Shown in pieces: positions 10,270 to 22,900 of a DNA stretch of 64,000 bases. Made by a program: the position numbers and the translations under genes. Every line of letters starts with the position of its first letter. Positions within the stretch are counted from its first letter, which is position 1. Source of the stretch: Eledone cirrhosa (taxonomy: Eukaryota); NCBI GenBank assembly GCA_964016885.1, contig OZ024745.1, positions 108,004,001 to 108,068,000 of the forward strand, read 5' to 3'. The notes below the pieces were generated by a model. The model made no database searches. It was not told the DNA's origin and was given only the letters and a program-made list of their open reading frames with translations.

Positions 10270-13200
10270 TCTATTTATTTGCCACCAGGGCATCAAAGTT
10301 TGGGACAAATACAAAGGGGAGAGTTTACATACATTTAAAAAGACGTGTAAAAAACATATAACAAATTAAATTTAACAATCGATGTCCTCAATAGGGAGAG
10401 GGCGTTGACGTGGGTCGCACACACCCTCGATAAAATGTGCAACCCTCCTCTTCAGGGGCACAAAGAGCGGGTGCTCCCTTCCTCTCCTCCGTCTTCTCCT
10501 CTCTCACCTACAGGCTGAGATAGAGAGAAGGCCCATTCACTCGGGCCATTCTCGCCACTTTCACCCATCTTTCATAAAACTTGCTGGAGTAGAGCACCTC
10601 TCTCTCCATTCTGATCCTTCTTCTAAAGTGGTACTTGAAAAAAAGGACCAGTTGTTGGCCGGAGAGAAAGGTGTCTGACCTCAGCCCTTTCAACCTCGTC
10701 CACCATACAACCTCTTTCGCCATAGCTATCACACAGAGGAAAACCGCCTCTCCTTCGTTTTTGAAAGGGGAGGCGGTTTGATCGTGACAATGTATTCGGT
10801 GGTCAACTGGATTGGTCCCACCCGCGACAGTAGTCGTTCCACATAGCCCCACAGGTCAGCAACGTCCGGGCAGTGTACGAATGCGTGTGCGACGGTTTCC
10901 TCGTCACACACGTATCTCGGACAGATCTTCTTCGAGGGGTCCCTACCCGGGCGCCCGTGTCTGTAGAGCTTGTCTCGAACGGGTAGAGCTCCTCGGTAGT
11001 ATTGCCAAGCCAGGAACTTTTGGAAGTTGTCCATCGGTCCCGGGCCAAACGTCCTACCGAACAGACTGGCTAGCTCGTCTTCGTCCATGCCCAGAGCCTC
11101 TCCGAGAGCGTCGTCGCACTTACTGCGCACCAACCCTCTATAGAATGTTGAGGTTGAGTCTCCACTGATTGCCGGATCCGCTTGCCAGAGGGCCGTGAGC
11201 GCCTGGGCACATTCAATGTGCCAGTCGCCCACTTTTCTCGGTCTTTGCTTGACCCAGGATTGCAGCTCGGTGAGTGAGACGAGTCTCGGAAAGGCTCGCC
11301 TCACAAACAGGGCCCACACCGGCTGACCGGTGAGGAATACCTGGAGGTGCCGTAGCCTTGTCTACGTATCGTCAGCCACGGCACCCCCAGCCCTCCGTTC
11401 GAAGGGTGCTGACAGCAGATGGATCTTCTCACCAAAGGAGTCCTCTTCTTCCAAAGGAATCGGAAGAGCGCGCGCTCCATTTTGGCGAGTGTTTTCTCTG
11501 GGCATGGCACGACGGTCAAGCGGTAGTAGATGACGGACGCTATATAAGCATTCGCCACCTCCGCTCGACCTTTCAGGGATAGTTTGCACTCGGCCCACTT
11601 CTGGGCGAGTGCAAACACCCTGCTCGTTACCTCGTCCCAGTTTTTCTCCACCTGGAGGTCCGGTCCGAACCAGACCCCGAGCAGCTTCACCGGTCCCTCC
11701 GTCCAGCGTCTGACGATGCCGTCGGAGGGCATCGGTTTTCCCCTCCACGTTCCGAGTTGCAAACCGACGGACTTGTCCCGGTTCAGCTTGGCTCCTGTAA
11801 ACCTTTCGTATTCCTCCAGTAAGGTGCCGATCTGCCCGATTTCCGAGGCGCACGACACCATTACTGTCACGTCATCGGCGTAGGCCGACACCGCTTTCCG
11901 CAATCCCGGTTCCAAGGGGATGCTCTGCAACAGCTCCAGCTTCCGCAGTAGTGGCTCGAGAGCCAGCACATACAGAAGGGAGGAGAGATGGCATCCCTGT
12001 CGGATGGATCGCGTGATTTGGAACGGCTCTGAGAGGTAGCCGTTCACCTTGACCTTCAAGCAGTTGTTGCTGCTGTGCATTGCAGCAATCCAGCCCTGAA
12101 AACGGGTCCGAAGCCTGCCGCCGCGAGCACCGCATCCAGGTACCGAAGGTCGACCCTATCGCACGCCTTAGATTGATCCAATTTGATCAGGGCCCCACCA
12201 AAGCCGGGTTCGTTCCCTACCCTCTCTATTGCATGAGGTGGAGGTTGTCGTATATGGACCTGGACGGGATTGCGCATGTCTGCGCTTCTCCCACCAGGTT
12301 CCCGACGACAAGCGCCAATCTCTTCGCTAACACCTTGGCCAAAATCTTTAACTCTGTGTTTAGCAGAGTTATGGGCCTGAAGTTATCTATGTCATCCCCC
12401 TTGTTCTCGTCCTTCCTCACCAGCGTGACTACGCCCTTGGTCACAGAACTTGGAATTCTCCCGTTCTGTTGCCAGTTTCAGTAGACCGCCTCGAGGAGAC
12501 CGGAGAACAAGTCTGGCATCGCTACATAAAGTTCGTATGGTAGACCATCGAGACCCGGAGATTTGCGTTTGCCGCATTGGCTCAGCGCTTCCCCTATTTC
12601 AGCGGCTGAAATCGGCCTTTCGCAGGACTTCGCCTCCCCGTCCGAGAATCGCGCCAGGCCGTCGAGGTGTGAACCGAAATCCATGGCCTCACCCGGCCCG
12701 CCGCCCCTCCCGAACAGTCGTACAAAGCGCCGTTGAAAAGCCGCGCTCATTCGCTCAGGTTCAAGGATCACGCATCCATCGTGGTCCTTCAAAGACCAAA
12801 TCGTGGACTTGTTTCCACTTTTTGCCTGTCACTCGGGCCCAGCTAACAGCTTTGGCTCCCTCGTTACCCAGAGCACGTATTTTACTCCTGACAACGCAGC
12901 CCTCATGCTTCGCGTCATAGAACTGGTCTAGGGCCGTTCTTGACGCCAGCACGCCGGCCACGTTGCCACTTCTAATCGCCTCTTCTACTCTATTTATTAA
13001 TTCCCTTTCAGTTCTATTTCTATCTGATGCTAATTCCTGACTAAAACCTATCGATTCTATTCTAATTTCTCTCTTGGGAGAGCCCCACCACCTGCTGTTG
13101 ACAATTGCCCCCGTCAACCGCTGCTTAACTAGAGTGCTAATCCGTTTACTGTAAGCTTTGTTTGTCGGTAAGGACAAGTTTAGCTTCTAGTAACCGGGTC

Positions 13201-14830
13201 CTTGTCGATGGGTTCTATCAAGGTTGACCACACCGGTCACCAACTTGTGATCCGAATAGTCAACCATGAACATTCGTGGACAGCTTAATATGTCCCTATC
13301 CTTATTTCTAACTAGGAACCTATCTAGGTACGACCTAGATGTTCCGTTAAAATTAGTCCACGTCCACAGTGCCACAGTCGGAAAATCTAGTCGATATCTA
13401 TCGGCCAGATCAGATCGGCCGATTAATCGTTTGAGGCTGTCACCCCCCCCCCCCTCTATCGGGACATGCCCTATATAGTCCCAACGTGCATCCAGGATAC
13501 CATTCCAGTCCCCCCACTAAAAGCAAGGAGCGAGACGTTCCCAGGAAAGTCTCCAGGTGTCGGAAGAAGTCCGGTCGCGGTGTTCCAGATGGGGCATACG
13601 CAGCCACCAGCCTAAAGGCTCCACCTTCACTACTGCCGACGTCTAGAACCACCAGTCGACCCTCCGGGTCCAGGTGTACCTTCTGTGTGGCAAGACCCAG
13701 GAGTTTTCGCAGCAGAACGACAACCCCACCCCCACCGCTCGGCTGACAGAGAGATGCGTAGATCTCAAAGTTGTCGAAGATGGGGGGCCAGTTGGCGCTC
13801 GCAAATAGCCATTACATCCACTCTGTGCGACCTGAGGTCATTTAAGAGTTTGCCCTGTTTCCAGGACATCCTCAGGCCGTGTGCATTCACACATCCAACT
13901 CTTATATTGGCCATGTTGGTGCTGAAGTGTTAAAAGGAAGAAGAAAGGAAATTACTTACCTCTTCGTCTCCTGGGGACCAGGCTACACAATTTCCATGGG
14001 GGTGTTGGAAGGGTTGTTTGGTGGTGGTGGTGGTGGGGGGTGGGGTGAGGACATCAGTGTGTGGTGAGGTTGGGGTGTGGGTGGGGAAACATCTCAATAG
14101 GACGCGGCTAAGTGGTTTGGTGCAGGTGGTCCCCACATCCATTGGATGGGTCTTTTTCAGAGTTACATAGGTTTCCGTTGGGACCCTAATCATCATTAGG
14201 TGCGGTTTGCCCGCTGCGTAGGTGAAAGTGATCCCTTCGGTTTCCACCGAAGGGTTATTGTCTATTGCTTTCATCAAAGTTTTATTGTTCTTGTTAATGT
14301 ATGTATAGTGTTTTTGTTGTGTTGTGTTTGTTTTTGTTTGTTGTTCTTGTGCGTGTTTGCGTTTTGTAGTATGTGTTATGTTTTCGGGAGGGGTGGGTTT
14401 TTTTGTTTGTGATGTTTGTTCTGTTTGTGCTGGTGGTTGTGTGTTTGTTGCATGTTTGTTAGTGCCTTTTTTTTCCCTTTTCACCTGTTGGAAGTGTTCT
14501 CCCTCGTCGTCACTGGTTGACGTTGATACGGAGTATATAAGGGGTATATTTTGGGGTTTTGTTGTGGTTGCGATGTTAATTGATATAGAGAGGAGTATTG
14601 GAAGAGAGTTCCGTGTAGTATATATGCAAGTATATATGATACATCAAATAAAATCGTACTCTCTAGGTTTTTAGGTTGTGTTTCATACTGCCCTTGTGTC
14701 TTTTCTTATGCTTACGTTGCGAACACTTTCCACTTTCCCATTTGCTGAAGAAAAGGTCTTATGTGAGCCGCCGAAGTTCCGATCTTGCGGAGGAGCTCGA
14801 CTGAAAGGGGTCTAAGTACGCATGTGTTTG
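10270..14830 (-). mobile_element. Near full-length Tx1/L1-clade LINE, decayed by frameshifts and stops
   Basis: ORF2 starts at ATG 13914 (MANIRVGCVNAHGL). It has endonuclease motifs (SYLDRFL, YSDHKLV), RT motifs (KSPGLDG, NFRPITLLNTELK, IRQGC, AYADD) and a C-terminal Cys/His motif (CPRYVCDEETVAHAFVHC), ending at 10508. An ORF1 remnant lies at 13930-14484. The 5' boundary is approximate. Confidence 0.9.
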
Positions 14831-16760
14831 TGTTTTCGTTCTGTAAGCATTGTATTATATAATTGAGTGTGTTTGTTTTCTTCTTCCTGGTTTCTTTTTA
14901 TTGAGTTGTTCTTTTGTAAATCATAAATATTATATAAATTGTATAAGATCTTTAAAACAATATAGATTAGATTCACATTTAACACTTTCTCTCATGATAA
15001 TAAAGTTGTTTGTGAGGATTAACAAGCATTGCTGAGTTATGTTAAATAAAATATTCGGATGAGGTATCATTCAGTTGCAGAGCAGGGAACACGTACGACA
15101 AGTCACGATATTTGGGAACCGCAGGCAACAGTTGCATATTAAATCCAGATAATCCACTGACATTCCTCCGCAATCTACACAAAACGTAAATTTGTGGTAA
15201 TAACTGTTTCTACTTTTGGCACAAGGCCAGCAAATACTCAGTACATTACTGGTACTTTATTTTATCGACTCCGTAAGGATGAAAGGCAAAGTGAACCTAA
15301 CAAAACAATTATAGTGTAGATATTTTTCGTACGGAACTTATTTAGTATTACACCGTTTTAAAGCGGTCGTTGCTAGCGGGAATCTCTTTTGTTTTAAACT
15401 ACATTCATTTTAATTCTTTCATATTCATTGTATTGCCTGTTACTTAATATACCTAAAGTGAAACGTCCCCAGACAATAGAGGTAAGGATATAATGACACC
15501 AATGAACACGTTTTCGAATGAGAATATAATAGCTAGACAGTTTTGTTATGTTTACTAACCACGTGTTGTAGTAGAAGAGAAGATATTTGTTAATTACCCA
15601 TCAATTCTCAATAATTCAGCCAGCTCCAGAACTGAGGGGATATTTACCCGAGCTAGGGCCCACTTAATGATCAGGTAAAGCTCGGTGTGGAGATTGAAGC
15701 GACCAGCATTAAGGCTGAACGACAAACTATGAAGTCGAGGGACCTACCACAGTGTCGTCTTAAACACCCCCACGGACATCGGTTTTCACTCTGAGTACAA
15801 TGGATATGCGAACCCCATCTAGAGCTATATATTAGACAGTGGCAGTGATAAGATAGAATAAATACTACGGATTTTGTTAGAAAACATCAGTTTATCTGTT
15901 TACTAGCTAATATATATCAACAAAAGTTTTCTCTCTCACACACACACACACGTTGGATTTCCACCAATTTCTATTCATAAGACATTGGTCAGCCCAAAGT
16001 TACAGTTGAAGACATAAATTCTACGTTCGTAGAAATTTGCATTCTTTCTTGCTTGGTTTATGTTTTCATCTAGGCTTTTTGATTCTAGACTTGCTTTCAT
16101 ATTTGAAACTTTTCCTCTAATTCAGCGATGAAAACTAGTATGGACATACAGGATTTCTCATTGAGAGTTAGTTTTGAACATTTCTGTTATGGCCTGGAGA
16201 ACTATAATAAACAATGGGGCGGGGGTCAGCACACTAAATTCTTTACTGAATTTGTTGCTAACGGTAACCTTGTACATGGCTTGCAAAGCTATCACAATGT
16301 CTGAATAATGGTAGAAAGGTTTAAATGTATTTTAATAATTAGGTCTATCAGGACAGTATCGGTAGAGCGTCGGACAACGTTATGCCCCTTTACGATCTGA
16401 GTTCAAATACCGCTGGTGTTAGCTTTGCCTTTCATCCTTACAGGGTTGATAAAATAAAGTACCAGTAATGCACTGGGTCGATCTAAACGACATCCCCTCC
16501 CCAAAAATTATTGGCCTTGTACCTAAATCAGAAACCAATATTTAGTTCTATTTTATGTTAAGAGTTCTAATTCCACCAAAGTCAACATTACTTTCCTTCT
16601 CTCCATAGTGATCAAAATAATCAACTATTCTCTTATCATGCCAAACGAAATCAGTTTTGTGCTTAATCCAAAGAATTCATAATTTTGTGAATTATTATTT
16701 ATTTCATTTATCTGATTTTCATAGAACTACCAACATTGAGCGAATGTGCTGACAACCAAA

Positions 16761-16974
16761 ATGGCTTTCTCTACAAATTACCCCCCATACAACTTCCACT
16801 CATCAATGTGGAATATTAGAGAAAGAAGAAGTTTCTTTCCAGACTGTGGAAGCTTTTGTGGTCTACATATTGATGAAAATGGAAAAGCAACAGTACAAAA
16901 AGAACACAACAGTTGGAAAAGAGAACATATTTATGCAAAGTTTTCAACCCTCCCTTTATTTGAAAAACCTAAAA
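16761..16974 (+). CDS. TAF1C: TAF1C coding exon 1 (acceptor at 16724 implies an upstream 5' UTR exon)
   Basis: aaaATGg, MAFSTNYPP...LFEKPK, donor a|gtaagg, phase 1. Confidence 0.75.
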
Positions 16975-19900
16975 GTAAGGATATTTTACCAATCAACAAG
17001 AACCTACTTTTTCTTACTTATTTCTTATAGTAATTTTAGTTTTCCTGCTTGGAGACCATAGAAGAAGGCAGTAAGTCAATATTTAATGTTTGGTGAATTA
17101 TTTTTTGGTACAGATACATTAGTTTAATACAGTGTATTATGCAAAAAAAAAATTGAAAAAAAAAACAAAACAAAATAAGGATCCAATAGATCATTGCGTC
17201 ATATTCAAATTCATGTTTAATTAAGGTGTTTTATGACAGGGTTGCAAAGTACATGGTATCTTAGTATTTAACCTTTTCGTTACCATACTTCTCATGAAAG
17301 ACACTGCCTATGATTTTCAAATCGTTTTGAAAATGATCAAATATAAATACTTTAACTCTTTAATATCTGGCCAGAATTTTCTCACCTCTTTCTGTTTAAA
17401 CCAGCTGTAACCAGCCCTTCATACTGATGTTAAGGTATTGTTACCAAAATAAATAACATTAAACTCTCATGAATTTGATATTATGTGAGATAATTATATG
17501 AGGTAAAGCCTTTACCACAAAAATACAATAATATATATAGAGTAATGTAAATGCTAAACCATAGGTGGTTTGGTATCAAAAGGGTTAATTCCATGATTAG
17601 ATAGCTCTGAATGTATACCTTTGTGCTTCACTCCATGGTATTTCACTATATGGATTACTGTCTAATTGTTCACTTCAGTGTTTAATTCTGCTTATGTGAA
17701 ACACCACCAAACTATGCTGGAGTTTAGAGATTGAAGATAGTTCCATATAGTGAATAGTATAATTGCAAAAACATCTATTAGAAACTGACAACCTCAACTA
17801 GTATTAGAAAAGAATTGAAAATCTAAAGATGTAAAATCTTAATAACAGTGAAAAACTTACTTTTATATGCATATATGCACTTTCCTACACTCTCTAAAAT
17901 TTAATTTTTAGCAAAATCTTATAAATACTTCATACTTTTTACTTTTTCACTTTTTGGTAGTCCTTAGAGAACAAACAGTGCCTATGATCTTCAGATTTTA
18001 CTTGTCTAGAACATTGGTATGGGTGTCTGCTGGGTGCACCTAATAGGAGAAGATAATATCATCACCATTAATTTTACATTGATTTTTCCAAATTGACGGG
18101 TTGGATGGGACATTTTGAGTTTTACAGCCAGATGTATTTCCTGACACTAACCCTTTTAGTCACTTCTTATAAGATGCAGACATACAGTGTACCTATTTTA
18201 AACCATTTGGCTATATTATATTATGAATAATGGCAGTAGATAGCAAAAACTATGGAATACTGGTCAAAATGTGATATTTAGTTATGTCATTTAAATCAAG
18301 AATTTTCTGACATATTTCTATTCAAACAAGCTGTTACTGGCCGCTCATACTATATCTCATAGATTCGATATTATGTGAGGTAAAGTTTACTCAAACATGG
18401 CTAAACAAGAAAACAAAATAAACCTATGTATGCAGGATTCAATGAGGTAGCTCTTTCATATTCATTTGATTGCTAGATATAGCAACTAAATCCCTCTCAA
18501 ATCACACCTTACTGTTTTTATAAAAATAAAAACGGACGTTGGACAATGGTGTCCTAGATGCATATTTTGAAAAAAAGACTTAACCCTTTAGCATTTAAAC
18601 CGGCCGTATCCGGCCAGAATTCTCTCACCTCTTTCTGTTCAAACTGGCCGTAACTGACCACTCATACTTATGTTAAAGTATTGTTCTCAAAATTAATAAT
18701 ATCAAAATTTCATAGCTTCGATATTATGTAAGATATTTATGGGAGATAAAGTATTTACCACAAAAATATAATAGTATATGTAAAGTCATGTAAATTCTAA
18801 AGGGTTAAACAGCAATAAAATAGAATATGAGGGGGGTGTTGAAAAGTTCCTGGCTTGATTGCTGCTAAAAGGCCTGGTTGGCGGCACAACCATCTGAGTT
18901 CTTTTTACAGGGTTTAAAAAAAGTAAAGGATAGCTGCAATAAGTGTGTGAATCTGTGAGGGGAATGTTAAATAAAATCATAATTAACTGATCCTCTTGTA
19001 TTTTCTTTTAACTAAAGCCAGGAACTTTTCAGCACTCCTCATATATCTATATTTCATTTCCTTTCAGTTTTACAAGAACATGATGCTATTGGTATTTACG
19101 AAATGAAGTACATTAACAAAAAAATGTCTAACTTGCATCAAAGAATTACATATATGAATACAATATGTCATAAGGTAAGTTGGGTGTTAGAATGACATTT
19201 ATTCCTTGCCATTGTATAATCAACTAGTATCAAGGTTTATTATATGATGAGGCAGTGGATTGGCAGTATTGGTAGAGAGTCGGGCGCCATGCTTTGACGC
19301 ATAGAGTTACGGCCCTTGCCATTCTGAGTTCAAATCCCGCCGAGGTAAACTTTGCCTTTCATCCTTACGGGGTCGATAAAATAAAGTACCAGTAATGCAC
19401 TGGGTAATTTGGTGGCCTTGTGCCAAAAGTAGAAACAATTATATGATGATACTAATCCATTGGCAATGCCTTTAGTGCAACTTTGGAGTAATGTTTTCAT
19501 GCAACTTTATGAAGATTTTTCTGTTTTCCATAAAATAATTTTGTTTCGCTTTAAAGCTCAATTCTGCAGAAATAGAGATTTATGCAGTGTTATGTCATCC
19601 TAATTAAATTTTGCACAGCAATAAAAAATAAAAAAAATAAAAATTCAAGGGGAATAACTCATGTACAACGTTTTATTGAGTTATCGTTGTTGCTTTCGTA
19701 TTTTTAAAAAATAAACAAAACATTGCACTATAGTAGAGCGAATATGGATCAATATTTATCGATTTGTTTGTCTCACTTGCCCCCCCCACACACACACACC
19801 CTTATAAAAATGTTTGGGTCACACTAAAGTAAGCTTTTAACTAGTAGTCTCCTTTTATTTATAGCAATGTGGATAAGAGGATGAATAGAATAAACAGTAG

Positions 19901-22900
19901 TAGAACTAGGTTGTTTGAATGAAGGCTGTGAGAGTATGATGAGGGGGCAGATTGTATGATGTCTATTGCATGATAGCAAATTATGTTCACTCTCTTTTGT
20001 CCTTTTCCCTTCTCAGTAACCCCTTGCATTTTAGTGCCTTGCTTAGGGTGAGTAAAAATAAACATACAATATAAAGGGTTCATAAAAGGTGGGAAGAAAT
20101 AAGGGAAGTATGCTTAACTGGATGTGTAGTGTTAAAGCTTGTTAATAACAGCACAAATAAAATGGGGAAAAAAGAATCTAAGTATAAGTGCTTTGGAAAC
20201 CACAAGCAGTCACTAATATCGGGGGGGGGGCCAAGCTCTCCTATCCCGGTGTCATCTCCAGAGATACTGGTATTGAAGTCCAGGATTTGGCAACGGCAAT
20301 GAACGACAGACCCACGAGGAGATCAATTGTTGAGTCGATTTCAGCTGAGGCTGCCGGATGATGATGATGATGATGATGATGATAAATGAAATGTAGTGTG
20401 CAAGAGAGAAGACTGAGCTGGTACAGACATGTTATATGCATGGAAGGAATGTGCAGAATGGGAAAACATGGAAAGAAGTGTTCAATGCTGATCACAGGAA
20501 ACTAAAACCCACATGAAGGAACTGACAAAGGACTGCAGCAAGAGGTGAAATGGACCTGTCCAGTCCATTGCAGCATGAAAAAATGTAAAATTATGGTAAT
20601 GTGATATATATGCATATGTATGTGAAGTAAGTCATATGACCAGAAAATGATATTGCTTTTTTTTCAATTTTCACAGGATAAATATTGGCAAAATTACATG
20701 TTAGATATCCTGAAATCCATATATGCCTTTGAAGAAGGCAAAGAATGTGAGACCAAGGCATTGTATATGTTTTCTCTTGACACTTATTTACGACACTTTT
20801 ATGAAGAACTGGGTAATTATTTGGATGTTCGAAATATTTGGGTAAGAAAATGTCATTTCAAATATTCTTTCTGTTCTTCATATTAGTCTGAAGACCACCC
20901 AGACACACTGGTGGTTTGCCTCTGGCTTAGATATAGTTCCACGTTCTACCGAGTGTATATATTGGGGGCACCAACACTGGAGAGGTTGTCATGTTTTTAA
21001 CATAACTTAGTATATTTCATAATTCAATTGTATAAATTACATATAGCTAATTCATGTATATCAAATAAATGCACAAGGAGAGAAGACTGTATTTGTACAG
21101 ACATGTGATATGCATGGATGATAACCGCTGGGGGAAGAAGTACTAGAAAATGCCAGTGGAAGGAAACTACATTAGAGGTAGACCAAGAAAAGTCTGGGTG
21201 GAGGTAGTAAGAGCTGACCTCAAATCACCAAGACATTGTTTTTGTCCTGTCCATCCCCCTGTGTATATATTTTCATTTTAATTTCATATATATATATATA
21301 TCAAACAAGATTATTTGTGACTAATATACTGAACATCTTAATAAAAAATATCTAAAGCAGAGTCGCATTTAAACATAGATTAACTTATGCCAAAGTCTAA
21401 ATTGGGTAGAATACAAGCAAAGCTAAATACAAGAGAGCTTCACTTGATCTAGTCCCTAACTTCAGTTTCTGGAATTAAGAAACAATATTAACTATCTTAA
21501 TAAATTAAGACAAAGAAGATTCCTTCATCAGAGGGTTTCTTTGGAATTAGAACAATAATATTCACCTGTCAGTATATGGCATTTATCCTTACCAAACCAA
21601 CGTAGTGTATAAATTTATGTGTGCATAGTTTGACCATCTAAATGAATATCTGTATAGCAAGGACGATATGACAGGTTCGTAATGATGCTAGAAATAGCAC
21701 CCATCAAACCCATCTGTAGCAACTCGACAATTAAGGAGTAGTAAATATCAAACAGGTTATTTGTCACTAATATATTGAACTGTCATAGAACCTTGTAGCA
21801 GTGGCGACTGCTGGCATTCTTGGCCCCCAAACCTCCTCTCTATTTACTGCTATTGGGGTAGAGTTTGTCTCCTGTAGGAGTGAGCCCAGTATATTGGAAT
21901 GGCTGTTTCAGCACATATTCCTTGCATAATTCTTTCACCATTCTGTCCACTGGGACTACAAGGTGACTTGTGCCTGGGATTCATCATACCAAAAAGTGTT
22001 CTCTCACTAGGTTAGTGATGGTATAGTTTGCTGATATTCATGCTTGTACATACATTTAACTACACACTTTAATAAAACAGTTTATTGTACTTTTTCTTTT
22101 ATGCAGCATTCCAACCATAAATTTATTGGTGGATGTCTACAACCGTTGAACTTTTCCAGTCAAGCAGATTCTACAATATCATTAGCTGCTATAACCGGCC
22201 CTGGTTTTAACACAATCAGTATCCTTAAGATTTGATGCTTTTCTAATTGTTATGTTTCTTTTTTTTAAATTCTATTTGAAAATTGTGATGCTGTTGGAGA
22301 GAAGTGCATCCCAGGTGATAGACGTGCACTTGCCCTCACGGATGCTGAAAAGAAAGTAGCATGGAAGGTCTATTATGAAAGATTACTGAATGAGGAGAAT
22401 GCATGGGAGCAAGATAGTCTGCCCCAAATAAACCCAACAGGGGGTCCAGCTGTATGAATTCAAGGCCTCAGCAGATCCACTATAATTCATGATGGATATA
22501 ATACATTGTTTGTATACCATTGTTGTTTCTTTCTATTGACAAAATATTTCTTATGATTGCTCTAAGTACATTTGAGTATCATTTTCTTTTCTTTATTATG
22601 TCTTCTATGTATGTATGTTGTGAATGTTTTGGTGTCATATGTAACTGCTAGTATTTTCCTCCTTGTGTGGTATATTTGTGTTGTTGAATGTGAGGGTTGT
22701 ATTTGATGTTCTCTAGTTTTGCAACTAAGAAGAGAGACTGAATTTCATAGGTACTACTTTAAGTCTGTTGTTGTGAAGCCTGGTTTCTCTGTGATTTATA
22801 TAAGGTTGAAATAGTTGTGCTGCAGTACCTGAAGAATAGTGGGAGCATGTGAGTGTGATATCTGCATACAAAGCTACATGTTTGTTTTATGGAGGTGTAA

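Noticed and set aside
10803-12920. Many overlapping plus-strand and alternate-frame ORFs
   Set aside because: Shadow ORFs of the GC-richer Tx1 LINE.
15330-15481. Candidate TAF1C non-coding first exon/promoter (ag|gtaagg at 15481)
   Set aside because: Plausible, but cannot be supported without transcript data.
17031-17070. Possible 40-nt TAF1C micro-exon (tag|...|gtaagt)
   Set aside because: It would shift the frame and needs a 56-nt intron. Exon 1 joins exon 2 in phase without it. It could at most be a poison exon.
19252-19345. tRNA gene candidates in SINE heads
   Set aside because: Only A/B-box-like remnants with no full cloverleaf; they continue into SINE bodies.
20885-20920. CTGAAGA followed by a ccacc...ggtgg hairpin (possible hammerhead)
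   Set aside because: No GAAA after stem II and no stem I.
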